In this document: piece by piece, positions 1-30,938 of the stretch | Layout: every line of letters begins with the position of its first letter | Position numbering within the stretch: the first letter of the stretch is position 1 | Source of the DNA: Bugula neritina | Taxonomy: Eukaryota; Animalia; Bryozoa | Assembly (NCBI GenBank): GCA_964035545.1 | Contig: OZ037767.1 | Location: 21,654,628-21,718,627 of the forward strand | Direction: 5' to 3' | DNA: 64,000 nt | Translations under genes and position numbers: made by a program | The notes under the pieces: generated by a model | Told to the model about the DNA's origin: nothing | The model's database searches: none | What the model saw: only the letters and a program-made list of their open reading frames with translations

Positions 1-1
1 T

Positions 2-2281
2 GTCAGTCGTCTGCAGGAGGTCTTCGAGAGACTCCGAGGTGCCGGTCTTAAGCTCAAACCTTCTAAGTGCGCTCTATTGCAGCCAGTGGTTAAGTACCTG
101 GGGCACGTTGTCGGTCGAAACGGCGTGGCAACGGATCCCGAGAAGGTACGGGCAATAGAAGACTGGGTCACCCCCCAAGACTTGACCGGACTCCGGGCTT
201 TCTTGGGGCTGGTAGGGTATTACAGGCAATACATACCAGACTTTGCGGGCATAGCACAGCCGTTAAACCGGCTCACCGCAAAGGGAGTGACGTGGCAGTG
301 GACCCCAGTCGAACAAGGAGCGTTCGACCGCCTCAAGGGCTGCCTACTAATGGCACCCATCTTGGCCTACCCAGACCCCACTCTGGAGTACATCCTTGAC
401 ACTGACACCAGTGACCAAAATGTTGGCGCTGTGCTGTCACAAGTGCAGGAAGGCCGAGAAGTAGTAGTAGCCTACTACAGCAAGTCTCTCTCTCCCACTG
501 AACGAAATTACTGCACTACCCGCAAGGAGTTGCTGGCAGTAATCAAGTCAGTGAAGCACTTCAGACCATACCTATATGGCAGGAAGTTCCGGCTGCGTAC
601 GGATCATGCCTCGCTGATCTGGTTGTGCAAGAGAGCAGAGCCCTCTAGTCAGGTCGCCCGGTGGCTCGAAATCCTAGCTGAATTCTCATACCGGATCGAA
701 CATCGACCGGGCAAGAGACACAGCAATGCGGATGGTTTGAGTCGCCGACCTGATGGAGGTTGCAAACAGTGTCTCAACATCGAGAGGAGGGATGGAGGTC
801 CCCCGCGATGCGAGTTGGAGACGCTGGCTCACCACGGAGCACTGTTTGACTGGGACCAAGGTCAACTCAGACAGGAAGTTGATGAGTCCCCGGAGGGTGT
901 ACAAAACCTCCGCGCCAACCCTGTACTGGCCGGTAATGTTCGAGAGCTGAAGAAGCTCCAAGAAGAGCTGCCTGGAGTCGTGGCAGACATATATCGGGCC
1001 AAAAGGGAAGGGCGACGACCCAGCGAGGAACGCATACGACAGGGATGCGCCGAGTTCCGGCTATACTGTCAGCGTTGGGACTCGCTGCGGATCGGGCAGG
1101 ATGGGTTACTAACCATCTCTCTAGCCGCCGGCGGCAGACAACCGGAGAGGAAGAGGGTAGTCTGCCCCACTGCCATCCGCCGTGAGTTGATTTGGGATAC
1201 TCACAAACAGGCCCACGCAGGGGTCAAGAGAGTGATATCCAAATTACGACTCCGGTGGTATTGGCCACAAATGGAGCGTGACGTCCGGCTCAGAGTCAAA
1301 CAGTGTGAGATCTGTCAGGCCAGTAAGGTTAGCCGTCCCCCTGGTGAGGCAGGACGGCGGAGGCTATATGCTGGTAGGCCCTGGCAAGTAGTCGCTGTAG
1401 ACCTGGTCGGACCCATGCCCCTGACCCCCAGAGGCAATAGTTGGATCTTAGTACTAACCGACCACTTTACTAGGTGGGCGGATGCTCTGGCTATCCCAGA
1501 TGCGTCAGCCCCAACAGTGGCCAGGGCACTAGACCAACATGTATTCTGTTATTTTGGTCTCCCCGAACAGATACACTCTGATCAAGGCGCTCAATTCCAG
1601 TCTCAACTGATGAGCGACCTTTGCCACCTCTGGGGAGTAAATCAGAGCCGGACCACCCCCTACCACCCTCAAGGTAATGGGGTGGTGGAGCGCAACAACC
1701 GGATGCTAGGTGATGCGCTCCGGAGTCTCCTCCTTGGACGAGGCCAAGAGGAATGGGATACGGTGTTGCCGCAAGTCATGCGTGCATACCGTAGCACCCC
1801 ACACACCAGTACTGGTGAGACCCCAAACCTCTTGATGCTCGGGAGAGAGACTCGTGTCCCTGACCATCTCACCTACCACGTTCCAGAGCAAGACAACTCG
1901 GTTCACGAGTATGCCAGTGAACTAGTGGAACGGATGAAAGCCGCACACGATATACTGCGCGAACAGCAGTGGAAGGTGCGGCACGAAGATTCCGATGAAC
2001 CACCTCTCTACCAAACGGGAGATAAGGTGTGGCTGGTCAATTACCGTAGGCGTCGCGGACAGGCTGATAAGCTAAAGCCTAAGTTCGTAGGACCCTACAT
2101 GATCGTCGAGGCTATGCCCAATCATACGTACAAGATTGAGCGCTCAGGACAGGTGTCTATCCAGAATGAGTCTCGCTTGAAACCGTATTGGGCTAGCCCC
2201 GACGCAGTGGGAGAAGCCCCCCCCGTTGTTGGAACCCAGGAGGCAGACAACAACGCGCGGGCGACGGCGGCATGGACCTGA
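2..2281 (+). CDS. pol: Gypsy Pol polyprotein, partial: RT C-terminus, RNase H, integrase
   Basis: Frame is open from base 2. RT end (LKLKPSKC...YLGHVV; LRAFLGLVGYYRQYI). RNase H (LDTDTS..VGAVLSQ; NYCTTRKELLAV; RTDHASL; NADGLSR). Integrase HHCC (H-x3-H...CEIC), DDE (VAVDL, HSDQG, VVER) and GPY/F module (FVGPY). Confidence 0.96.
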   Translation, partial: VSRLQEVFERLRGAGLKLKPSKCALLQPVVKYLGHVVGRNGVATDPEKVRAIEDWVTPQDLTGLRAFLGLVGYYRQYIPDFAGIAQPLNRLTAKGVTWQWTPVEQGAFDRLKGCLLMAPILAYPDPTLEYILDTDTSDQNVGAVLSQVQEGREVVVAYYSKSLSPTERNYCTTRKELLAVIKSVKHFRPYLYGRKFRLRTDHASLIWLCKRAEPSSQVARWLEILAEFSYRIEHRPGKRHSNADGLSRRPDGGCKQCLNIERRDGGPPRCELETLAHHGALFDWDQGQLRQEVDESPEGVQNLRANPVLAGNVRELKKLQEELPGVVADIYRAKREGRRPSEERIRQGCAEFRLYCQRWDSLRIGQDGLLTISLAAGGRQPERKRVVCPTAIRRELIWDTHKQAHAGVKRVISKLRLRWYWPQMERDVRLRVKQCEICQASKVSRPPGEAGRRRLYAGRPWQVVAVDLVGPMPLTPRGNSWILVLTDHFTRWADALAIPDASAPTVARALDQHVFCYFGLPEQIHSDQGAQFQSQLMSDLCHLWGVNQSRTTPYHPQGNGVVERNNRMLGDALRSLLLGRGQEEWDTVLPQVMRAYRSTPHTSTGETPNLLMLGRETRVPDHLTYHVPEQDNSVHEYASELVERMKAAHDILREQQWKVRHEDSDEPPLYQTGDKVWLVNYRRRRGQADKLKPKFVGPYMIVEAMPNHTYKIERSGQVSIQNESRLKPYWASPDAVGEAPPVVGTQEADNNARATAAWT

Positions 2282-2817
2282 ATACGAAGTGGTCATACCG
2301 CGGGAAGAAAACTTGGTGAGAGAGGAGCGACAGCTTTTGCCAACGGAAGCGTGTCCGCCACCGCCAAGTTTAATTCCATCACTTCCAGAAACCGAGCCGG
2401 TTCCGGAAGTGCAAAACCCCACGAAGGGAGGGGCTCCATCCGGAGAACAAGAAGAGGTGACCGCTAACGGTGAAGTGGAGACGCCATTAGAGGCCCCTAC
2501 TAACGAACCGGCGAGCGTGTCACCCCCCCTAGAAAGGGGACAGCGTACGAGGCAACCCCCCCGCATACTTAAAGGACTTCGTATGCGACTGCGTTAAAAG
2601 CGGCGCGTACGAAAGTCTAGGGGAAAACCGTACGAGGAAAGTATCGAGCAAATGTGGGAGTTGTCAACACCACGAAAATATCAACTTTTGTATCGGCGGA
2701 AATAGAAACAAAATTCATCCGCCGGGTGCACAAAGTCTTAATCACGCACCCCAACCACGTTGCTCGATCTTTTCATACGCTGATGCAGTCAGGAGTAGAC
2801 ATGTTTCTAAGCAGTAG
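2217..2817 (+). pseudogene. Frameshifted C-terminal extension of Pol
   Basis: Removing one C from the C8 run (2217-2224) and one from the C7 run (2556-2562) gives a continuous frame EAPPLLEPRR...RGQRTRQPPAYLKDFVC... to TAG 2815-2817. RxRxPPxYLKDF/YV is a typical Gypsy integrase tail motif. Confidence 0.75.
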
Positions 2818-2841
2818 TTCAAACCATTTCACACATTCAGT

Positions 2842-3913
2842 ATGTCTTACGACAACAGATCGTGGGGTGAGTTAACTATATCTTAATATGAAACTAGATT
2901 GCATCGCTCAGCTCCGACTCACTGAGTCAATCGAGCTGGAGATAGGTTAGTGAAATACCGTAGTAAGAACTCAGTTTGACTTAGAGATTTTTATAATCTC
3001 ATTGCAATACGTGTTCTATCTGACTATTCACTGCCATAAATCTCTACGAGGTAACTGAATTAGGAGTTGCCAAGCTATTCAAGCTGACAACACGGCAGTG
3101 TACTGTATTAACACTGTTGAAACTTTTTCAGATTACACTCGACCCGCTACAACCAGGGTACGGGATAGAGCACTTCCCGCTCCGCATCCTGAGGAGTATG
3201 CCAATGGTGACCGGCCCGAGCCACTACGCCGCCGTTGGCGGTGGGTGTTTCCAGAAACAGAGGAAGAAATAGAAACGGCCTGGGGGTCCAGAGGACGGAC
3301 GAGATGCCAGATTTGTGGCGAAGAATGTGCCTCTCACCGCTCCTTGAAGCTACATGTTAACGCCCATCTCCTACTCACATTCTGCCCCTGCGGATACAAT
3401 GATGTGTACCCCTACCCCGTCACCAGACATCGAGCGGCGGGCTGTTTCTCTGGAGAGAATTATGTGGTTGACGTCAAGCTCTATCCGGAATTCCTCACCC
3501 TGATACGACCCCTAGTAAAGAAGGCAATGTTGTTGGCCGTCCTGACCTCGGGTTTCCAACGCGTATTAGACTATGCCAGACAACAATCCCCATTGGTATC
3601 TGACCGCCCTCAGATGGTGTACACCCCCGACGAGTTTGCCTATCCAGAAGAAGGAGAGGTCTCCCCCGCCCCGATGAAGAGACGAACCAGGTCTCCCAGT
3701 CCCCCTTTGCGCCGCAGACGGACACCGTCCCCAGACCCAGTTCGCCTGGCCACAGTAGAGGAACGCCTCCTCCGACTACAGGAGGAATTCACCCAGTTAG
3801 CACCGGATTTACTTAATACTACGACGGGGCTCTTCCAACTAAAAGGATCAGTAGGCCGGATGAAACGGAAATTGCGTACATGCCAAGCCAAGCACCGGCG
3901 TGCCCAACAATGA
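2842..3913 (+). CDS. Retrotransposon accessory ORF3: spliced zinc-finger / basic / coiled-coil protein (~268 aa; exons 2842-2866 and 3132-3913)
   Basis: ATG 2842 (MSYDNRSW), then phase-1 donor G|GTGAGT at 2867. Acceptor ACTTTTTCAG at 3131 restores the frame of ORF 3098-3913. Canonical C-x2-C-x12-H-x3-H finger, then CxC-x12-H-x4-C, KRRTRSPSPPLRRRRTPSP, and a Leu-rich heptad-like C-terminus. Confidence 0.72.
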
Positions 3914-4174
3914 CTCTAGTTCTGCTACCCGGAATAATCCACAACTTCGTCCTCTTGGGAGACCCAAGAAGGTCCTGCAAATGCTTGACTGCTCGACAGG
4001 CCTACTCCTTGTCTAATACCACAGCTAGCCGGTATTCCTCCTCTATAGCTGGTCAATTGTATGTAACCGGCTGTTATAATGACTCTGTCTGTTATTATGT
4101 ATCTTTATATGTGTTATGTATTATTTTGGTCTACTGGTGTATGTGGTTAATAATGAACGTTTTTTTTATATATC

Positions 4175-4204
4175 AGAAAGAGGGCTTTCTGCTGGTGGGG
4201 GCGG
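4175..4204 (+). other. Polypurine tract (plus-strand primer site)
   Basis: AGAAAGAGGG...GGTGGGGGCGG immediately before TGTGG at 4205. Confidence 0.6.
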
Positions 4205-4519
4205 TGTGGTGGCTCGTGGAGCTACCAGCAGCACAACATGTAGGGTCGCGTAATTGACCCGGAACAATGGATAGCCAATTAGCGTGTTTGATAGTTAGCA
4301 GCAATTATAGTTTCCCGCTGCTAACTCAGTCGAAGTTAGAGTGCTGAATAGATTAGATGTGTAAATTGTCAGATGTATTTGTATCGTTTTTATAATGTAT
4401 TATTGTGTGTAAAATATATACTCGTTCACTCGACTTATCCTGGTGCAGTTCTATAGCAAGTAATTAGACTCTCTGGATAGCATATCAACCCTAAATCTGA
4501 AAAACATAACAGTATTACA
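4205..4519 (+). repeat. Probable 3' LTR (~315 bp)
   Basis: Starts TGT right after the PPT and ends ...TATTACA where composition changes. The 5' LTR is not in the window, so the ends cannot be verified. Confidence 0.6.
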
Positions 4520-5440
4520 TTTACTATTAGTATTACTATTAGTATTACTCTATTAGCATTACTATGTCTATTGTCGATTAGTAATACTAATAGTAATAGT
4601 AATACTAATAGTAATAGCAATAGTAATACTAATAGTGCAAATCCAAATTGAAATTTAATTTGAACTTGTGGCTGTGCAATTGCAATCGCCAAACACAATG
4701 ACAATCACAATGACAATAAATATTATATTTAATGTTATAATACACCCATTATCATTATGATTACATCTAGATATTCATATTGGCTATTACTGATAAAGTC
4801 TTTTTTTTGTATAATTTAAAATCAATGAGACAATGAGTGTGACTCAGGAGCTGGCAGTAGCCAGAGCTTTTCTATATTTTTGTGCTAAGCCTAATGAGTA
4901 ATGACAGTAAGCGCTCCAAGTCAAATATATGAATAATTCTTCAGTAAGTTTCGCGATCCTGTGTGTGACTGAACTCGGACTAAACCAAAATTTCACCATT
5001 AATTAGCATTATTGAAAATCTATAGATCTTAAAGTTTTTTATTTTCAATAATTATGATGTTTGGAGATACATTCACAAAGTGCAGTAAAATTATTTTTTT
5101 TCTACTATTATGTTGATAATCATAAATTATTATGAATAGGGTTCAACCATTAAACTATAACCTTCTATAGTTTCAGTTCAGTGGGTTCAACTGCAATACA
5201 TAAAATGCCATAGAGTTATCCTCTTTTTAGGTTACACATGGAGTGTTGTGCAAACGACTCTGTTTATGAATTATTCCGCTATAATTGGTTAAAAAAATTG
5301 ACGGAAAAGTGTTTTGTTTATATATAACTCTTACTAATATGTTTTTAATTGCAATAAAAGTAATTTTAAACAAACTTTAGTTGTTATATACTATTTATAA
5401 GTATGTGGTTTTTATATTATTTTTCTATCGCGGATCATCG

Positions 5441-5447
5441 CACGTGA
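5441..5447. promoter_or_regulatory. E-box / CLEAR-like (MiT-TFE) site upstream of GABARAP
   Basis: CACGTGA (TCACGTG on minus) about 115 bp upstream of the ATG, in a local CpG-containing patch within very AT-rich DNA. Confidence 0.45.
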
Positions 5448-5523
5448 TCATCAATTACATCAGCGTACCAAAACAAATAGTAATACTTTCGCACAGCTGA
5501 TTGATACTTTGTGGTACTGGTAA

Positions 5524-7779
<2,256 letters not shown>

Positions 7780-8794
7780 AACTGAAATACCTCTCATCAA
7801 ATCAGCTTCATTGGTTCTCCAAGTACTGAAAAGCTGGTATTGTGATGTATTGAATGCTAAACATGGAATATGTTACAGTCTTTGAAGCTAAAATAGTGTG
7901 ATATTATCTCCTAGAACTCAATTCATGTTTATCCTTTCCGAATTGCACAGCATGCATATGTTGAGGTCATAGCTCCACTAACATGATAGTGTAGCAAGAT
8001 ATCTCTTTCTTACCCATTTAGATATCATTTTCTTATGCTTTTATTTAATATGGTCTTTAATAGAATATGGTTTTCATATATTTGCTTGGTTGTGGATTTA
8101 GATAACAATGAACATAAAATTGGTATATTTTGTGCAAAAATGTAAAAAAAACAAATTGTTAAAGCATTTAAAAAACAGTAAACCCTGCATACTGTTATCG
8201 ACTGTTGTAATATCACACAAATTACTCCGTATTGCTTATAAATAGCTGTTTAATATTATGTGTTGTACACCTTATATTTTTACTGTTGCAAATTTTAATA
8301 AAATTTGTATTAAATCTTTCTAAATTAGTATATATCAAATTAGCCAAATGCTCACTCCACTCAAATGCAACTGAAATGTTAGAATAATAAGACTCAGCCA
8401 GCATAAAATATTACTGGTATTTCAGGAGGCAGAATGACTCAACCCATAAGACAAATAGTAGGCATAATATTGAACATGTATAGACAATGTGCAGCTCTTG
8501 AAGTCTCAACTTGATATATTACTTTAAAATTAGTCATTTTGCTTCAAAGTGATAAGCCAATCAACATTTGTGCCATAGTAGGACAAATTTATTACACATA
8601 TTGATATTACAGCAAATATATATATATAGTAGACAAAAACAACAGTCAACAGGTGATTATGATAATAAATTATTAGCTAAGATTGTATGTACACAAGGAG
8701 GAAAACTAAATATAATAAGACTTTCATTCTAAATGAAATGGTAACAGATTATGAAAGAAAAGTATCTTAAAATCCACATTGATTTGTACAATAT

Positions 8795-26331
<17,537 letters not shown>

Positions 26332-26438
26332 TGTGGACAAATAGTATTACTACTTTGAGAGACTATCAAAACTTCTGAGTGACAATTTTCATGGAGTGTT
26401 GATCGCGTTAATTCAAAATGAAGAAAAAAGACCTTAGA

Positions 26439-26450
26439 CACGCATGCGTG
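26439..26450. promoter_or_regulatory. Palindromic NRF1/EWG-like element upstream of Mi-2
   Basis: Perfect palindrome CACGCATGCGTG about 110 bp upstream of the predicted ATG; CGCATGCG core. Confidence 0.4.
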
Positions 26451-27740
26451 ATGTTAATTGCTAACAACGTCATATAACCAAAGACCATACAAACGTATAC
26501 AATAAAATGCTATAATTATATATACTCTTTGTAACTGTAGTTGTATGTGTCATGTCCCTATGTCAAAGATTGTAGTTGTAGATTAATAGCTTTGGTAGCT
26601 CACTGTACAGCATCTAGCAGTAACAAGTAGAACACTGCACATAGCTCAGCAGCATTTACATTAATTTAATTTACCTTTAAAGAGGACAGAGTCACATATA
26701 TGCTAAATGCAGCCTGACCTAGTTTAACATCAATTTATTTTATTGTAGCTTGCCTTCAAAAAACTATGTACAGCAACCCACCACCACTACTACTATATTA
26801 TTATTATTTATATTATAGGCCTACTATTTTGGGGTGCTTCAAACTTCTTGTACCGTAGTGACAAACAATTAATTTTGTGTCGCATGATGATTATTTTAAA
26901 ATAGTTTTATATTTTATTGATTATATTAATATAGTACAGTTCTAGTTCTAAATTTCGCACATATAATATAATTATATAAATATTTTAATTCATCATTTGC
27001 CCTCAGTTACAGAATTTTTTTTCAATATTATGATGACCACAACAAATGTACTATGTTAATAAATGAATATTCTTCATAATATTTTGCTTACATTGAGATC
27101 GATGCTCTAAGGAACTGTAGCATTTTGTTATGCAGTGCCGCAGATAAATTATCCTATATTATGGGTGACTTCATGGGATAAAACATGAAACAAATAATTA
27201 TATTCTTTGCAAATGTTTAAAACTGTGTATCAACAATGGTTCTATAAATATGACTAAAGTTCCATCTTTCCTAAGACTTTGTATGGGTTCTTTCAAGCTC
27301 GAGAGAGATTTTCCTGCATTTACTCGAAGAATAATTTTTACCCATGGTGAGGTTTTCTCAATTATTCATTTGATTTCCGGTTTTTCATTGTTTTCCATCT
27401 TTTTATGAAGCCCTGATTTTAGCTTGCATGTGCTCTGTGTATATGAAACGAAGAACCTCAAAACGTCATCATTACATTACCTAACTTATTGCATCATATA
27501 GCTACATTGTCACGTAATATTCATTAAGTTCATACTGTGATATTGATTTTACACAAACGTAGGTCAACTGAGTTGTACTTGACCTAACGACATTGGCAGG
27601 AGTACTGTGCCCTATTTCTTACCTGCTTTCAATTGAGTTCAATGACCGGCTAGAGTCTGTAAAGTATAATAATAATATTATTCAACGTAAATAATTCAGA
27701 GTTTCTTGGAAGTTGCACAATTCATGCTCACTTCCTGTCA

Positions 27741-27899
27741 TAGTGGAGAAATTGAAATAGCCCAAGTTCATTAATTTTATTTTTAAATTTTGGTTTGGGG
27801 CTTGGGTTGAAATTTTTGCGAGAGCAAATGACTTTTTTGCTTCATTTTTAATCTAGAACACAGGGCTTTTCTCAATTTCTTCATTATTGCACCTACCTC
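27741..27899 (+). mobile_element. MITE family A, copy 1
   Basis: TIR GGAGAAATTGAAATAGCC...GGCTTTTCTCAATTTCT. Internal TTTTGGTTTGGGGCTTGGGTTGAAATT is shared with three other copies. Confidence 0.8.
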
Positions 27900-29696
27900 T
27901 CCTACAGCCAGCATTCTGCCTCAATCATTCTAAAATATATGTTGGATTTATTACTAAATTACTGAAACCACTATAAAATATTTAACCCAGTTTACATTAA
28001 ATTGCTAATGTCTATTGGGCTGTGTGGGTGTGTTTATGCTACTTTTATAGCCTTTAACCTTTTGAACCTGATGACATAATTTAAGGGTAATCTTGCATAG
28101 TCCCAGTTTTTCTACTCAGAATGAATTGCGCCAGACAAAACAAAATAGGCATTAGTTTGAACAATTACGACCATATGAAGGGTGGTTTAACTGAACTGTT
28201 ATGTTTACCTTTATTAACCCCTTCGGAACCTAAACTGATCAGAATGGAGACTATGAGAGAGTTGTAGGAAGATTTAAATATCTTATGGATATGGTAGAGG
28301 ACAATAACAGATGTTGAGTGTTACTCTTGTGAAACACATGATACCTCTTATACAAAACATTCATTGCAAGGTCCCCCCCCTCCTCCATATGAAAAATGAT
28401 ACTTGGTCTATCAGTAAATAGCAAGAGGCAAAGGTTGGGGCTTTAAAAAGTTGAGAATAATATGATGCATCCAATAAATAGAATATTAGAAAAAAAGAGC
28501 CGTGCTATAACTGGTGTCCATGTATATTGTAAGAGGAGGATGAAGCAATTTGAAAGGTTGCAGACGTCCTAAGACTACTAGAATAGAAAAGAGAGAAGCT
28601 AAAAGATCGTGGTAGAGAGACACTTATATGAACTTTGGTTTGAGAAAGTATATGGTATATGGACAAGAGTGGTGCGAATCCGATACAACAACTGTCTTCA
28701 CTAACTGAGTGAGTGTCATGCAGGACAGCAACCCTAACAAGAGCAAGAAAAGCAAAAAACATAGTTATTTTCATAAATATAGACCAGCAGTTATAGCTGT
28801 AGTGAATGGGAGGTTATACTTAAAAAGTCCACAATCGTAATTTGATCACCATTTATCTTATAAAAATTTTTTATAGGCTATGTATTGGTTATTGTTTATA
28901 TTATAAAGGTTCACCACCCCCTCCCCCCTTTCTATAAAACTGCTAGCAATAATCTATCAAGTAGTATGATCTCTTGAGAAGACAACTCTCAATATGATGA
29001 ATAAAATATTATAATGTACTGAAATGCTTTTTAGGTAGACAACAGTAACACATTGGAATAAAACTGAACCTTACAGCAACTGAAACACTCCTGTGAAATG
29101 GTTAGCAGGTTGTGCAAACCATTTTTGGTATAAGTGCTACAGATATAACACTAGAATAACATATTAGATGAAAGTACTCTGGAATGCAAAGGCGTTATGT
29201 GAAACAGCTTAATAAAAAGTATATATTTGAAAAAAGTATTTCAAATGTCATAAATATGCAAATTATGGAATATTGCTGCACTGCAGCATCAATGTGTTGA
29301 TCATTTATGTAATATTTTACCTTATTTTATCACAAAACCATAGTATCAACTTACAATACTTAACAACAAGCTATTGTATATTATTTATTTATTTTCAAAA
29401 GCAGAAATATGTTATTTATTTTCCAAAGTATAGATAACAAACAACGATGTGCTGCCAAGAAACGAAATAGCTGAAGACCAAAGAGGAGTGAGCAGGATGG
29501 CACTACCTTGCGTTTACCCAGATGAATAGACTGTGAGTCAGATTATTGTGATTATAGCATATATACAATAGTTTACATATAATTATTATACTATACTTGC
29601 AGATTTGTATATACATCAAACTTGATGCCTTCCTGTGAAACCCATGCAAGTGAAAGTTGTAGTGCACATAATCCATAGCATACACAGCACACATAA

Positions 29697-30938
29697 TGAC
29701 TAGTAGGGGATATACAGCGACTAAAAGGTGATATACTGGGACTAATAGGTGATATACAGTGACTAGTGAGTGATATACTGGGACTATTAGGTGATATACA
29801 GTGACTAATAGGTGATATACAGTGACTAGTGAGTGATATACTGGGACTATTAGGTGATATACAGTGACTAATAGGTGATATACAGTGACTAGTGAGTGAT
29901 ATACAGTGACTAACAGGTGATATACAGTGACTAGTAGGTGATATACAGTGACTAGTCGGTGATATAGAGCGACTAGTAGGTGATATACAGTGACTAATAA
30001 GTGATATTCAGTGACTAGTGAGTGATATACTGGGACTAAAAAGAGATATACAGTGACTAATAGGTGATATACAGTGACTAATAGGTGATATACTGTGACT
30101 AATAGGTGATATACAGTGACTAGTAGGTGATATACAGTGACTAGTAGGTGATACACAGTGACTAGTAGGTGATATACAGTGACTAGTAGGTGATATACAG
30201 TGACTAGTAGGTGATACACAGTGACTAATAGGTGATATACAGTGACTAATAGGTGATACACAGTGACTAATAGGTGATATACAGTGACTAGTGAGTGATA
30301 TAGTGGGACTAATAGCTGATATACAGTGACTAGTAGGTGATATACAGTGACTAGTAGGTGATATACAGTGACTAGTAGGTGATATACAGTGACTAGTAGG
30401 TGATACACAGTGACTAATAGGTGATATACAGTGACTAATAGGTGATACACAGTGACTAGTGAGTGATATATAGTGACTAATAGGTGATATACAGTGACTA
30501 AAAGGTGATATACTGAGACTAATAGGTGATATACAGTGACTAGTAGGTGATATACAGTGACTAATAGGTGATATACAGTGACTAATAGGTGATAACACAG
30601 TGACTAATAGGTGATATACAGTGACTAGTGAGTGATATACTGGGACTAATAGCTGATATACAGTGACTAGTGAGTGATATACTGGGACCAGTAAGTGATA
30701 TACCGGGCTAATAGGTGATATACTTCAACTAGTAGGTGATATACAGTGACTAGTGAGTGATATATAGTGACTAATAGGTGGTATACAGTGACTAGTAAGT
30801 GATGTACAATGACTAGTAAGCGATATACAGTGACTAGTAGGTGATATACAGTGACTAATAGCTGATATACAGTGACTGTTAGGTGATCTACAGTTACTAT
30901 TAGGTGATCTACAGTTACTATTAAGTGATCTACAACAG
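29697..30938. repeat. 21-bp minisatellite (GGTGATATACAGTGACTA(G/A)TA), roughly 59 copies
   Basis: Directly visible; it generates the repetitive ORFs (VTVYHLL)n and (SHCISPI)n on minus. Confidence 0.97.

Larger units (their letters stand above)
1..4519 (+). mobile_element. Ty3/Gypsy LTR retrotransposon, 3' portion (5' part lies outside the window)
   Basis: RT-RNaseH-IN domain order in pol. GC-rich relative to flanks. Purine-rich tract followed by TG at 4205, and an abrupt switch to AT-rich simple sequence after ...TATTACA at 4519. Confidence 0.95.

Noticed and set aside
3098-3913. ORF3 as a retroviral env gene
   Set aside because: No signal peptide, fusion peptide or transmembrane anchor; zinc fingers and an NLS-like segment instead.
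3880-4704. ORFs 3880-4257 (+) and 4435-4704 (-)
   Set aside because: They span the 3' UTR, PPT, LTR and low-complexity flank; hydrophobicity reflects AT/GT-rich composition.
4760-5300. Possible divergent minus-strand gene upstream of GABARAP
   Set aside because: Only short frames (e.g. MVKFWFSP..., 51 aa) with no recognisable homology or consistent splice chain.
28200-28760. Purine-rich stretch resembling a decayed retroelement gag
   Set aside because: Multiple stops and no diagnostic motif; needs a translated search to support.
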